A stretch of 64,000 nt of DNA. Origin: an archaeon. GTDB taxonomy: Archaea; Nanobdellota; Nanobdellia; Woesearchaeales; GW2011-AR9. Of this stretch, positions 48,916 through 59,132 are shown in pieces. Below the pieces are notes generated by a model that had not been told where the DNA came from, ran no database searches, and was given only the letters and a program-made list of their open reading frames with translations. Position 1 is the first letter of the stretch; each line of letters begins with the position of its first letter. The stretch covers positions 356,839 through 420,838 of the forward strand of contig JABHSG010000003.1 of assembly GCA_018697095.1 (NCBI GenBank), read 5' to 3'. Made by a program: the position numbers and the translations under genes.

Positions 48916-50853
48916 ATGGCAAAAAAGCTAGTATTGGACCAAGACAAATTACGAAAACTCGGCGAAATCCGTGAATTAGGAGTAAATCCTTACCCTTACA
49001 CTTACAAACGCACAACTTGCGCAAAAGATTTCAAACAAAAATTTCAAGATTTAAAACCTGGTGATAAAGATAAAACCAAAGTATCTCTAGCTGGGCGAAT
49101 CATGCTAAAGCGTGTTATGGGAAAAGCTTCCTTTCTAACAATTCAAGACGAATCAGGAAAGTTTCAAGTTTATATCACTAAAGATAACTTAGGTGACAAC
49201 TACAAACTATTTGCTAAAAAAACAGATCTTGGAGATATTATTGGAGTTGAAGGTACTATCTTCAAAACCAAAATGGGTGAAGTTACAGTTCATGCAACTA
49301 ACGCGACTTTTCTTTGCAAGTCCTTGCTACAATTACCTGAAAAGTTTCACGGCCTTCAAGATATTGAACTAAAATACAGAAGACGCTACCTGGATCTGAT
49401 CATGAACCCAGAGAGTAAAGAAATTTTCAAACAGCGTTCATTAATGATTAAAACTATTCGTAAATATTTTGATGAATTAGATTTTATGGAAGTAGAAATG
49501 CCTGCGCTTCAAACTCAATATGGAGGGGCATCAGCAAAACCTTTTGCAACTCATATTAACGCTTGGGATATGCAAATGTTTCTATCTATCTCTCCAGAAC
49601 TTCCACTAAAACGTCTTCTTGTAGGTGGACACGAAAAAGTTTTCACTATCTGTAAAAATTTTAGAAATGAAGATGTAGATACAACTCATAACCCAGAGTT
49701 CACCATGCTTGAGATTTACGAAAGTTATGTTGACTATAATCAAATGATGCATTATATGGAGCAAGTCTACGAGAAAGCTTGCCTTGCAATGCACGGGACC
49801 ACCAAAATCAAACGTGAGTACAAAGGTGAAGAAGTTACACTTAATTTCAAAGCGCCATGGAAACGTCTTACAATGCTTGACGCAATCAAAACTTACGCAA
49901 AAGTTGATGTTAGTAAAATGAGTGAAGAACACATGCTCAATTTAATCAAAGACAAAGGATTAGAACTTGAACGAGATGTTGCTGATTTTACTTGGGGATA
50001 TGGCGTACAAGTTCTTTTTGAAGAACTTTGTGAAGAACATTTGATTCAACCAATTCACATTATCGATCATCCTAAAGAAACAACTCCTTTGTGTAAAGAG
50101 CACCGCGAAGACAAAAGACTTGTAGAACGTTTCGAATCTTTTTGTTTAGGGATGGAAATTTGTAATGCATACAGCGAACTAAACGATCCAATTAAACAAC
50201 GTCAGCTTTTAGAAGATCAGCAATCTCAACTTTCAGGTGGGATTGACGACGAAGCCCACCCAATGGATGAAGACTTTGTAAATTCAATTGAGTATGGAAT
50301 GCCTCCAGCAGGTGGCCTTGGTTTTGGAATTGATCGTATGGCAGTTATTTTGTGTGGTGTTTCAAGTATTCGTGACGTTATTTATTTCCCAACCATGAAA
50401 CCTATTGGGTTACAAGCAGCAGGTAAAGCTAAAGAAACCAAAATTGCGGTTGCTCTAATTAACAAAGGTCTTAAACTTGAAACTTGGAAAGAGATGAATA
50501 CTGTTGCTCACTTAAATGCAGCTTTTGCAGCACGTAAAGGAAGAGAACTATTTTTGCAAGACAAAATTGAAACCAGTGATAAGCAAAAAATCAACCTCAA
50601 TATTCAGCATGCAATTATGATTAAGCAAGCTAAGTCAAACGAGGAATTAGTTAAACTATCTCAAAAAGCAAAAGAGTTAGAACTTGATGTTGCTGAGTTC
50701 ACTAGTGAAATGCAAGAAACTACTGATGACAAAAAAGTTATTGCAATCACTAAAGAAAAAGCTCTAAAAGATGTTGACTTTTTAGGAATACTAATTTTTG
50801 GAAAGAAAAAAGCAGTTGACAAGCTCACTAAAGAATACAAACTTTATTCATAA
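48916..50853 (+). CDS. lysS: class II lysine--tRNA ligase with C-terminal DUF2000-like domain
   Basis: RVMGKASF, YRRRYLDL, YGGA.AKPF, FRNE..HNPEFTMLE, YGMPPAGGLGFGIDR, IRDVIYFPTMK, then about 140 extra aa. Confidence 0.93.
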   Translation: MAKKLVLDQDKLRKLGEIRELGVNPYPYTYKRTTCAKDFKQKFQDLKPGDKDKTKVSLAGRIMLKRVMGKASFLTIQDESGKFQVYITKDNLGDNYKLFAKKTDLGDIIGVEGTIFKTKMGEVTVHATNATFLCKSLLQLPEKFHGLQDIELKYRRRYLDLIMNPESKEIFKQRSLMIKTIRKYFDELDFMEVEMPALQTQYGGASAKPFATHINAWDMQMFLSISPELPLKRLLVGGHEKVFTICKNFRNEDVDTTHNPEFTMLEIYESYVDYNQMMHYMEQVYEKACLAMHGTTKIKREYKGEEVTLNFKAPWKRLTMLDAIKTYAKVDVSKMSEEHMLNLIKDKGLELERDVADFTWGYGVQVLFEELCEEHLIQPIHIIDHPKETTPLCKEHREDKRLVERFESFCLGMEICNAYSELNDPIKQRQLLEDQQSQLSGGIDDEAHPMDEDFVNSIEYGMPPAGGLGFGIDRMAVILCGVSSIRDVIYFPTMKPIGLQAAGKAKETKIAVALINKGLKLETWKEMNTVAHLNAAFAARKGRELFLQDKIETSDKQKINLNIQHAIMIKQAKSNEELVKLSQKAKELELDVAEFTSEMQETTDDKKVIAITKEKALKDVDFLGILIFGKKKAVDKLTKEYKLYS

Positions 50854-51000
50854 AAAAACAATTTTTATTTTTTTCTTAATTTTTATCCTCTAATTTATAC
50901 ACTATTCCACGCTACATTTATATACGAAAAACTAACTATTCAATACGATGGTTGGAAATAGTTCTATTTACAAACTCAAAAACTATGGTGGTAGTTTCTG

Positions 51001-52722
51001 ATGGTTAGTGCTGGTGGTGATCTTTTCATTCATTTAGGTCTTGTTGTAATTGTTGCAGCACTTTTCGCACTTCTATTTCGCCTTCTAAAACAGCCTCAAC
51101 TTCTAGCTTACATAGCTGTTGGTGTACTTATAACTCCAGTTTTCAAAATTATTACTGACACTAGTGTAATTGAATCAATGTCTATTATTGGAATTGCATT
51201 TTTACTTTTTCTAGTAGGTTTAGAAATGGATCTAAAAAAATTAAAGCAAGTTGCTTTTCTTTCTAGTTTTGGAGCACCTATCCAAATAGTTTTTCTATTC
51301 ACAACCTCTTTTCTAATAGCAATTTTGCTAAATTTTCTTCCACTTGAAGCAATGTATATTGGACTTATGTTTGCCTTTTCTTCAACAATGATTGTGATGA
51401 AGTTCCTTTCAGATAGAAAAGAACTTTCCACCTTGCATGGAAGAATCATTGTAGGGATTTTACTAATGGAAGATATCTTTGCAATTTTTGCACTTTCAAT
51501 TTTAGGTAGCATTCAAGAATTTAATATTGCAGTTTTAGGAATTGCATTTCTAAAATTCGCAGCACTCTTCATAGCAGCATATCTTGCAAGTAAATACCTT
51601 TTCCCAAAAGTTTTCGAGTTCGCAGCGCGTAGGCATGAATTACTCTTAATTACAAGCCTTGCTGTTTGTTTTCTATTCTCATTAGCATTTCAGTTTCTTG
51701 GCTTTTCAATAGCTATTGGCGCTTTTGTAGCTGGCCTAGCACTTGGTAATTTAAGATATCAATTAGAAATTATTGGGAAAGTAAAATCCTTAAGGGATTT
51801 CTTCTCACTACTTTTTTTCGTCTCACTTGGAATGACACTGAACTTGGGAGTTATCAAAACGCATTACCTTATGATTATTATTTTCACACTTTTCATAGTT
51901 TTGTTCAAACCACTTCTAATTGTTGGTATCGCTTCACTTTTCAGATACACAAAAAAACCTTCACTTTATTCAGGTCTTTACCTAACTCAAGTAGGGGAAT
52001 TCGCTCTAATCATTGGAGCGTTAGGGCTGCAGTTTGGCCACATCTCAACTGATACATTTTCAGCAGTTGTAATGGTTTCACTAATATCATTAATTTTTAC
52101 ATCATATTACATCAAATATCTGCAAGGCATTTACACTCTTTTAGAAAAACCACTTAGTTTCCTTGACAAGTTCAACACAGAAGGATTAGAGTTTGTTCCA
52201 AAAGATGTTAAACCAAATGTTGTTTTGTGCGGACATAATCGTATTGGTTATAGTGTTCTAAGAAAACTTGGACGCACTAAAAAATCCAAAGAGAAAATAT
52301 TAGTTGTTGATTACAATCCTGAAATTATTAAAATGACAGCAGCGAGCGGATTCCATTGTATCTATGGGGAAGTTGACGATGAAGAAATTATTGAGAAAAT
52401 GAATCTAGCACATGTCAAACTTCTTGTTTCTACAGTTCCTGGTCTTAAAGAAAACTTGCTACTAGTTAGAAAAACCCGTAAGGCAAACAAACGTGCTAGA
52501 ATTATTGCAACAGCCCAATCAACAAATGACGCACTAATTTTGTACAAAGCAGGCGCTGATTATGTGACTCTTCCTCACTTTTTAGGTGGAGAACATATAG
52601 CGAACTTAGTAATTGGTGTACGTAAAAAAGTAATCAATCTAAATCAACATAGAGATGATCACTTAAAAGAATTAAAGCTCAGACAAAAGCACGGACATGA
52701 TCATCCTAGTTACTTGTATTAG
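51001..52722 (+). CDS. CPA2 cation:proton antiporter with TrkA-N domain (KefB/KefC-like)
   Basis: Multiple TM helices, LLFLVGLE, FSST, QVGEF; C-terminal LCGHNRIG, VVDYNPE, GADYV. Confidence 0.92.
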   Translation: MVSAGGDLFIHLGLVVIVAALFALLFRLLKQPQLLAYIAVGVLITPVFKIITDTSVIESMSIIGIAFLLFLVGLEMDLKKLKQVAFLSSFGAPIQIVFLFTTSFLIAILLNFLPLEAMYIGLMFAFSSTMIVMKFLSDRKELSTLHGRIIVGILLMEDIFAIFALSILGSIQEFNIAVLGIAFLKFAALFIAAYLASKYLFPKVFEFAARRHELLLITSLAVCFLFSLAFQFLGFSIAIGAFVAGLALGNLRYQLEIIGKVKSLRDFFSLLFFVSLGMTLNLGVIKTHYLMIIIFTLFIVLFKPLLIVGIASLFRYTKKPSLYSGLYLTQVGEFALIIGALGLQFGHISTDTFSAVVMVSLISLIFTSYYIKYLQGIYTLLEKPLSFLDKFNTEGLEFVPKDVKPNVVLCGHNRIGYSVLRKLGRTKKSKEKILVVDYNPEIIKMTAASGFHCIYGEVDDEEIIEKMNLAHVKLLVSTVPGLKENLLLVRKTRKANKRARIIATAQSTNDALILYKAGADYVTLPHFLGGEHIANLVIGVRKKVINLNQHRDDHLKELKLRQKHGHDHPSYLY

Positions 52723-52786
52723 TGGTAAAGACAAATTATTCTCTTTCTAGTAATAAATTTTTAAAAGAGCCTTCTTTTGAGCTTCT

Positions 52787-54211
52787 ATGACAATAGAGCT
52801 AAGTCTAACAAGAACAGATCGTCCTAATATCGAAATGTTAGGTGGGACTCCTGCAGTGTGGGGCGAAGGCTATCAGGCATTTTGGATGCCAAACGGTTTT
52901 CTACTATCTCTATTTGAGTGTGACCGTGATTTTTACGATGATTCAACAACTCGCACACAAGAAGGTGACCTTGGATTAAATGATCTTGGTTTAGCAAGAA
53001 CAAGGGATTCCATTGTCTCAGCATTAAGAGATCTTAGACAACAATGTGCAGTTCAACCAAGTGGTCTAAAATTAAGAGATGGTTTGTGGCATCAATCATC
53101 TGGCAGAGGAGATATTCATAAGAGTCAATTTCAAGATGTGTTTACAAGAGCTAAAAAATTAGCAAAAGAAAACAGCAAAGTAGCAGCACTTGAAGATGCC
53201 CTGTATGATCTTGGTGTACCAGATTATTGTATTGAAAGAGCAATTAGTGCTGCAGCCAAAAATGGTATTCTGTTTCCAAAACTTGTAACTACACAAACTC
53301 TTTCAGACGTGGTTTTGCAATTTACTCAAATTGATGGTTGTAAAGTAGACCTTAAATTATCTGCAAGGAAGAATCAACTAAGAAGGCAAGCACAATATCT
53401 AACGGATGCTTGGAAACATCCATTACTTAGACCATTCACACCAAAATTAATTGCAGCTTCTTTGCGTGAAGATTTGCACCTTGGAGCACTTATAACTCAA
53501 GATACAATTAATCCTAGAAGTTTAAGATTAGGAGATTTACAAGAATATCAACATTTACGGAGTGCTGTTATAGGACAACTCTCAAAAAGGCTCAGAGTAG
53601 AAAGATCTATTCTTCTATTCGATGAATATACAACTGATATTTTCAATCGAACTTTAGCCCATCTCCTTTTACGTGATTCAATGGCTAAAAGAGTTTATGA
53701 TACTGATCCAGAAAATTTAGTTTTCGAATCAGCAAGAATCGAAGATGGGCTTATGGATGCTAAAAACCAAACTGGCGTAAGGAAATTCCTAAAACTTCTT
53801 GAAATATACAAACAAATAGAACCAAGGCTTTACACTTATGCACAAGAAGAAGCAACCACTTTAATTCATGGTGATCCTCGGCCAGAAAATATTTGGCCTA
53901 GCCCATACAATGCACGTCCCACTGGAGATCCGCTTGCATTAAGAGCTAATCCTGAATTTGATCTTGCCAGAATGGAAGCAATTAATCCAAGGTTATATGC
54001 AAATATGTATTTGCACATGCAAGAAATAGTTGCAGAAGTTTTAGCTAAAAGAGCAACCCCTAGAATATTGACATCAACGCAATTTCAAGATAGGGCGGCT
54101 GAACTTTCATTTGCATCAGCCATGCGTGTTGGAACATTTCTATTAAAACAAGGAAGAAATGCAAATAATTATCTTGTACAAGCGAATCATTATGCAAGGA
54201 TGATTAACTAA
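52787..54211 (+). CDS. protein with C-terminal APH/kinase-like phosphotransferase motifs
   Basis: TLIHGDPRPENI, downstream GD and P.FDLA. Confidence 0.6.
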   Translation: MTIELSLTRTDRPNIEMLGGTPAVWGEGYQAFWMPNGFLLSLFECDRDFYDDSTTRTQEGDLGLNDLGLARTRDSIVSALRDLRQQCAVQPSGLKLRDGLWHQSSGRGDIHKSQFQDVFTRAKKLAKENSKVAALEDALYDLGVPDYCIERAISAAAKNGILFPKLVTTQTLSDVVLQFTQIDGCKVDLKLSARKNQLRRQAQYLTDAWKHPLLRPFTPKLIAASLREDLHLGALITQDTINPRSLRLGDLQEYQHLRSAVIGQLSKRLRVERSILLFDEYTTDIFNRTLAHLLLRDSMAKRVYDTDPENLVFESARIEDGLMDAKNQTGVRKFLKLLEIYKQIEPRLYTYAQEEATTLIHGDPRPENIWPSPYNARPTGDPLALRANPEFDLARMEAINPRLYANMYLHMQEIVAEVLAKRATPRILTSTQFQDRAAELSFASAMRVGTFLLKQGRNANNYLVQANHYARMIN

Positions 54212-54226
54212 TCATAACAGTCTTAA

Positions 54227-55156
54227 TTAATTATTTCTTGCAGCTAAAATTCCGATAGCTGGAGATGTACTGAGATAAATTGTTCTTGCAAGTTCACTGA
54301 TGTAGTAAATTAACGCCCCTTGTTCTTTTGGAACATTCTTAAATTCGAGTAAAAGTTTTTCATAAAGTAATCTGTTTGCACTATTGTGAACTTTTTCAAT
54401 GATTTTGATATCCTCTTTAAAAAAACCTTTTTCTAAATCTAAAAAAAGATTTTTTAATATTTCAAAAGACTCTCCTATCTTTTTATTTATTATTTTAAAA
54501 TCATTTTTCACAATAAAATTTCCAAAGTGAAGCATATTATGTTGGATTAGCCGTAGGTAAACAAAAAATGTCCAGTAGAAGTGTGTCCTTTCATCAGTAA
54601 ACCTTTTTTGTGAAATACTTCTACGGCAGAAATTATCATATTGGTCAATTTTTTGACTATGTATTTTAATTTGATTTAACAAAAATTCATCTGGATTACT
54701 TAATCCATCTTGAGTAATTTCAAAACATTCACGCATGATATAAAAAATTCTACGCATGAGTGTATGATGTTTATCCAAGTCAAGTCCTACCAGATCTTCA
54801 AGAATAATTTCACTGCCTGTATCTAAAGTAACTTCTGATCCAAGTAAATATTTTGAACAAACTTCATGAATAATTTTTGATTGTTTTTTAGTCTTATATG
54901 AAATTTTTATTTTGGTGTATCCCAAACGATACAAATCATGGAGTTTTATTCTAATGAAAGTCTCACTCTCCGAACTAAAAGAAATTTTTGCTTCTTTTAC
55001 TGCCGCTGAACCAGTAGAAATCAAAAGCGAAGGTCCAGTCTCATCAATTTCAATCTCGTCCCCAGGTTTCAGTCCTCTCTCTCGAACCCATTTGATTGGC
55101 AAGAAGATAGTATGACCACCAATTCCTTGCCGAATTATCTTTCTTTTCACAAGCAT
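54227..55156 (-). CDS. AbrB-PhoU type regulator (archaeal phosphate uptake regulator family)
   Basis: RKII.QG....TI.LP.KW....L.PGDEI, Y.LGY..I.I, helical PhoU-like C-terminus. Confidence 0.85.
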   Translation of the reverse strand: MLVKRKIIRQGIGGHTIFLPIKWVRERGLKPGDEIEIDETGPSLLISTGSAAVKEAKISFSSESETFIRIKLHDLYRLGYTKIKISYKTKKQSKIIHEVCSKYLLGSEVTLDTGSEIILEDLVGLDLDKHHTLMRRIFYIMRECFEITQDGLSNPDEFLLNQIKIHSQKIDQYDNFCRRSISQKRFTDERTHFYWTFFVYLRLIQHNMLHFGNFIVKNDFKIINKKIGESFEILKNLFLDLEKGFFKEDIKIIEKVHNSANRLLYEKLLLEFKNVPKEQGALIYYISELARTIYLSTSPAIGILAARNN

Positions 55157-55255
55157 GAAAAATAAGGGTTTCATTAAAAGTCTTTTGTCTTATTAATATT
55201 AATAATATCTTTGATATGCATTCTTTTTTTCTCAAATAGGCAAAAATTTATCTAA

Positions 55256-56722
55256 ATGGGAGAAGATCCAATTAATGATTTTTTAGCAGAATTAGTAGAT
55301 TACACTGGGCAAGGAATTGAAGAAATAAAACCAAGTTTACAAGAACCTTTAGAAAAATTAGTTGATGTTCAAACAAGATTGGGTAATGATCATCCATTTT
55401 GGTATCTTAATGCAAAAAGAAAAATTATTTTTGGAATAAACAAGGAATTCAATAAACAAATTGATGCCTTGGTAGATGGTGCAAAAACTAGGCCGCTAAG
55501 TTGTGATCCATTGGCAACTAGGGGCAATTATGAAGGTACATGGGGTGGTTGGGAACGTGCAATAAATTTAACACAAAATCCTCCAGAAGGACTAAATGGT
55601 CTTTTTTTATATGGTGTTCCTGGTTGCGGTAAAACAAGATTACTTTCAACTATTAATAATGAACATAATACATTAATTTTAGGGAGAAGAGATCAAGCAA
55701 AAGAAGAAAATTTACGCTCTGTTGTAGGTTCATCTCTTGATTATTTAACCTGGCTAACTGCTGAATTTGAAGCTGTTCTAGAATTAGAACAAAAAATGAC
55801 TGCTATCAGAGGTAAAGAAATTGATCCTATTTTTGGACATTCACTACTACCTTCTGATGGACCTAAGGTGAAACTAAATCATGATGTATCTGATCTTGCG
55901 GGTGTGATAAGGAATAAGTTATCCCAGCAGCACCATCTTAGTGCGTTTAAATTTAAATTAGAATTAGGTTATCAGCGTTTGTTAACTGGTTATTCTTGTG
56001 ATGGTATTGATGCAACGCTGCCACCTGTTGAAACTGGTTTTAGGCCACTTGCTAAAATTAGTATTAAAGATGGAAAACTTCTTGCTAATTCTTCTCGTGA
56101 TTCACGTCAATGGGGAATAGATGCTAGTTTCTATGACCAATTAGTAACTGTAGCTAAAGGGTTAGAAGAAATGAATTTACTTGTATCTGATTATTATGAT
56201 AAAATAAAATCACTCTCAGACAGCGTATTGTCAAGAGGAAATCATCGTTTCGGAATGAGAAGTTATGGTTTTGGTCAGTTACTTGATTTTAAGTATGTAC
56301 GATTTCATCAAGAGGATGATTCATTTTCTAGTTGGGATTCTATAAGAAGACTTGGTGATAGACATTCCCTTAATAGTGGTGGACTCTTGCTCCTTGATGA
56401 AGTACAACATTACGGAAGAGTTGAAGGCGTTGAGGCTCTTCTTGAAGTAATTGAATCGATATATGATGTAAATCAAACTTTAAACGCAAGCGGCAGAAAA
56501 TTATTTGTTGTCATGGCAGGAAATTTTGATCCAAGAGAACTTCTTGATTACACTAAATTAAAAGATGCTGGAATTCCTGAACCAATTGCACTCAAAGCAG
56601 AAAAAGTTCTGAATAGGTTAATTGGTTCTACTGTGCCGTACGAAGTTCCTGCACCAAGTTATAGAGCACAACAAGGAGCAAATTTAGCAGCAGGTGTCTT
56701 AGGACTCCTTGGTGGCAGTTAG
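55256..56722 (+). CDS. AAA+ ATPase, DnaA/DnaC/IstB/ZapE-like, with large insertion
   Basis: LFLYGVPGCGKTRLL (Walker A), LLLLDEVQ (Walker B), AGN, NRL, PSYR. Confidence 0.75.
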   Translation: MGEDPINDFLAELVDYTGQGIEEIKPSLQEPLEKLVDVQTRLGNDHPFWYLNAKRKIIFGINKEFNKQIDALVDGAKTRPLSCDPLATRGNYEGTWGGWERAINLTQNPPEGLNGLFLYGVPGCGKTRLLSTINNEHNTLILGRRDQAKEENLRSVVGSSLDYLTWLTAEFEAVLELEQKMTAIRGKEIDPIFGHSLLPSDGPKVKLNHDVSDLAGVIRNKLSQQHHLSAFKFKLELGYQRLLTGYSCDGIDATLPPVETGFRPLAKISIKDGKLLANSSRDSRQWGIDASFYDQLVTVAKGLEEMNLLVSDYYDKIKSLSDSVLSRGNHRFGMRSYGFGQLLDFKYVRFHQEDDSFSSWDSIRRLGDRHSLNSGGLLLLDEVQHYGRVEGVEALLEVIESIYDVNQTLNASGRKLFVVMAGNFDPRELLDYTKLKDAGIPEPIALKAEKVLNRLIGSTVPYEVPAPSYRAQQGANLAAGVLGLLGGS

Positions 56723-56823
56723 AGGTAGAAAACAGTTTTTCTGAGTAATTTAAAATCAAAGACATCAGCGAGGAGAAAAATAATGGGCTATCAATCACAA
56801 GTAAGAAAAGGTTTCAAAGCAGT

Positions 56824-57297
56824 TTGGTAAGTGAAGAACAACCAGCGGGCCTTTTTTCCACAATCACAGTATCTAATGAATTAGATGATGATGATTTACT
56901 CGGCATTGTGGATATGCTTTATGAAGAAGATAAAAGAAATAATCCTGGAAAAGACAATGAAGACGCCATTTTTAATCAGATGATGAGTTTTTACGAAGAC
57001 AATGAAGTTTATTTATGGGTTGCAAAAAAAGAAGGAAAAACAGTAGGCTATGGAAGGGCTAGGATTACTGGCAGTAGATTAAAAGGAGATATGATTTATG
57101 TTTCACCAGAAGCCAGGGGACTTTGTGTTGGCAAAACGCTTCTTAAGTCCCAAATAGATTTTGCGATAGCAGAAGGTCTTACTGAAGTTTATTCTTGCAT
57201 TGATGATGGTAATGTGGCAAGCCTCAGGGTGAATCAAGGGCTTGGTTTTTATGTCCAAAAAGTTGATTTTGGTTATGATGTAAGTTTAAAAATTTAA
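56824..57297 (+). CDS. GNAT acetyltransferase (start uncertain)
   Basis: IYVSPEARGLCVGK, N.AS......LGF. Confidence 0.85.
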   Translation: MVSEEQPAGLFSTITVSNELDDDDLLGIVDMLYEEDKRNNPGKDNEDAIFNQMMSFYEDNEVYLWVAKKEGKTVGYGRARITGSRLKGDMIYVSPEARGLCVGKTLLKSQIDFAIAEGLTEVYSCIDDGNVASLRVNQGLGFYVQKVDFGYDVSLKI

Positions 57298-57338
57298 GAT
57301 CAATTTGTACTCAAGTTAATTAAAAAAAATCCCGAAAA

Positions 57339-57863
57339 ATGAATTACAATTTTGAACAAGCAGTAGACACTTTCAGAGATAGAGTTGCAATACCTGTAAC
57401 AGCAACTTTAATTTATGGTGGAGTGGGAGATGCACTAGGTGCAGGCATAGAAGATGTATTTAATCTTGATTGTAATAGCTGGAGCACTACTTCGTACTTT
57501 TTCCCACGCCTTTGTGCTGATGATCTGAGTTCGGGTATTGCAATTGGAGCAGCTGTAGCAAGCATTCCTTTAAGAAAGCAAATGAATGGTTTAGTTGAAA
57601 GATTTTTTGATTACACTATTCCTGATGGAGTTTCTTCTTATGATTCTCGGCCAAAAACTGAAGCAGCAAGAGTAGCGATTCTAACGCTTGGCGTTGCTGC
57701 AGCTGGATCAACTTTATCTGCAGAAATAGAAGATATTGTAGACTCTCAAGACAGTAAATTCATCTCCTCAAATTCTAATTGGTATTGTGCAGGTGGCGGC
57801 GCTGCAATTGGCCTTGCTCTTGCAACAGCATTTCTCTTAAACAGAATATGTGATCCAAGGTGA
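57339..57863 (+). CDS. Gly/Ala-rich membrane protein with internal duplication
   Basis: Four hydrophobic segments; repeated unit LGAGIED..IAIGAAVA / LSAEIED..AAIGLALA. Confidence 0.7.
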   Translation: MNYNFEQAVDTFRDRVAIPVTATLIYGGVGDALGAGIEDVFNLDCNSWSTTSYFFPRLCADDLSSGIAIGAAVASIPLRKQMNGLVERFFDYTIPDGVSSYDSRPKTEAARVAILTLGVAAAGSTLSAEIEDIVDSQDSKFISSNSNWYCAGGGAAIGLALATAFLLNRICDPR

Positions 57864-57918
57864 TGATAACCATCTTCCCCAATACATTCTTAAACTGCCT
57901 ACCTTTTTTCTACCTACA

Positions 57919-58995
57919 ATGAACTTTGAAAAGATCCCTCCCTTTGAAGATAGCAAGACTCTTCTAGATATTGCTTTTAGTAGAGCTCGTAAACGTAAGG
58001 ATGAGAAGAAATTCAAAGGAAAGCCAATTGACAGGGCTAAAAACAAAGAAATCATCAAATTAGACTTAATTCAAGGATATTTAGATCAAAGACTTGACAA
58101 AGTAGTGAAGAGTTACCCTAGTTTTGATCATCTTCCAATGTTTTACCAAAAACTAATCAAACTTACCTTGAATCCAGATGACTTGAAAAAAGCAATCGCT
58201 ACACTTTCATGGGCAAGGCAAAAAATCAAAGGGTTCCATCGGCAATACTTAAGATCAATTCAAAAATCTCAAACTTACGAAAACGTAAAACTTTTTCAAA
58301 AACAATTCTATGGTAGAATTTCAAGTATTCTTAGGCAAACAGATACAGCGATTGCGTACATTAATAATTCAAGAAGGACCATGAAAACTTTCCCAGACAT
58401 TAAAGATGGTTTTTTTACAATTTGTCTTTACGGTTTTCCAAACATTGGTAAAACTACACTTCTAAACAAGTTAACAGGAACAAACGCTAAAACAGCAGCT
58501 TATGAGTTTACAACTAAGTCAATTAATGTTGGTTATCTAAAACAAGATGAAACAGATCCAAGTAAAATAACAACAGCTAAGTCCAAAAAGAAAAAACATC
58601 AAACTGGACTTGTAGTGCAAGTTTGTGATGTCCCAGGAACCTTAGCACGTCCTGAAAAAATGAACGGTATTGAAATGCAAGCAGAACTTGTGATGAATGA
58701 AGTAGCTAACCTTACAGTTTACTTAATTGACATTAGTCAAGAATACAACATTGAGCGCCAATTAAAATTATACAAAAAAGTAAAAAAACAAAAGACTCCA
58801 ATGCTAACACTTTTTAGCAAACAAGATATTGTGAACGCAGCAGACATTGAAGAGTTCAAAAAAGACCACAAAATAAAAGATATTAGTATGGAAGAGTTAA
58901 CCAAAGAAATTCTTAGTCGTGCCAAATCCTTTTATGAACGTGAAGCAGCAAAAGTGCAAGAAGCAAAACTTTCGAAGAAAGGTTTAGGGAAATAA
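57919..58995 (+). CDS. NOG1-family GTP-binding protein
   Basis: LLD.AFSRA, P.FD.L..FY..L, GFPNIGKTTL, YEFTTK, DVPG, SKQD. Confidence 0.92.
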   Translation: MNFEKIPPFEDSKTLLDIAFSRARKRKDEKKFKGKPIDRAKNKEIIKLDLIQGYLDQRLDKVVKSYPSFDHLPMFYQKLIKLTLNPDDLKKAIATLSWARQKIKGFHRQYLRSIQKSQTYENVKLFQKQFYGRISSILRQTDTAIAYINNSRRTMKTFPDIKDGFFTICLYGFPNIGKTTLLNKLTGTNAKTAAYEFTTKSINVGYLKQDETDPSKITTAKSKKKKHQTGLVVQVCDVPGTLARPEKMNGIEMQAELVMNEVANLTVYLIDISQEYNIERQLKLYKKVKKQKTPMLTLFSKQDIVNAADIEEFKKDHKIKDISMEELTKEILSRAKSFYEREAAKVQEAKLSKKGLGK

Positions 58996-59132
58996 ATTTC
59001 CCAAAAAGATCTAGCTGCGAAAAATAAAGCAGCTAAAGGACAAGCAGCTAAAAATTAATCTATTCTCTCCAAACAACAACATTTAAAACTGATTTTTCCC
59101 TTCTACAATCTATATCTCGTAATTTAGGTGTA

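Noticed and set aside
50982-50996. Third TrmB operator copy (ACTATGGTGGTAGT) upstream of the antiporter
   Set aside because: Its position just before the ATG is adequately explained as a GGTGG ribosome-binding site.
55660-56370. Intein explaining the ATPase insertion
   Set aside because: No Cys/Ser start block, no HN-C/S/T end and no LAGLIDADG motifs seen.
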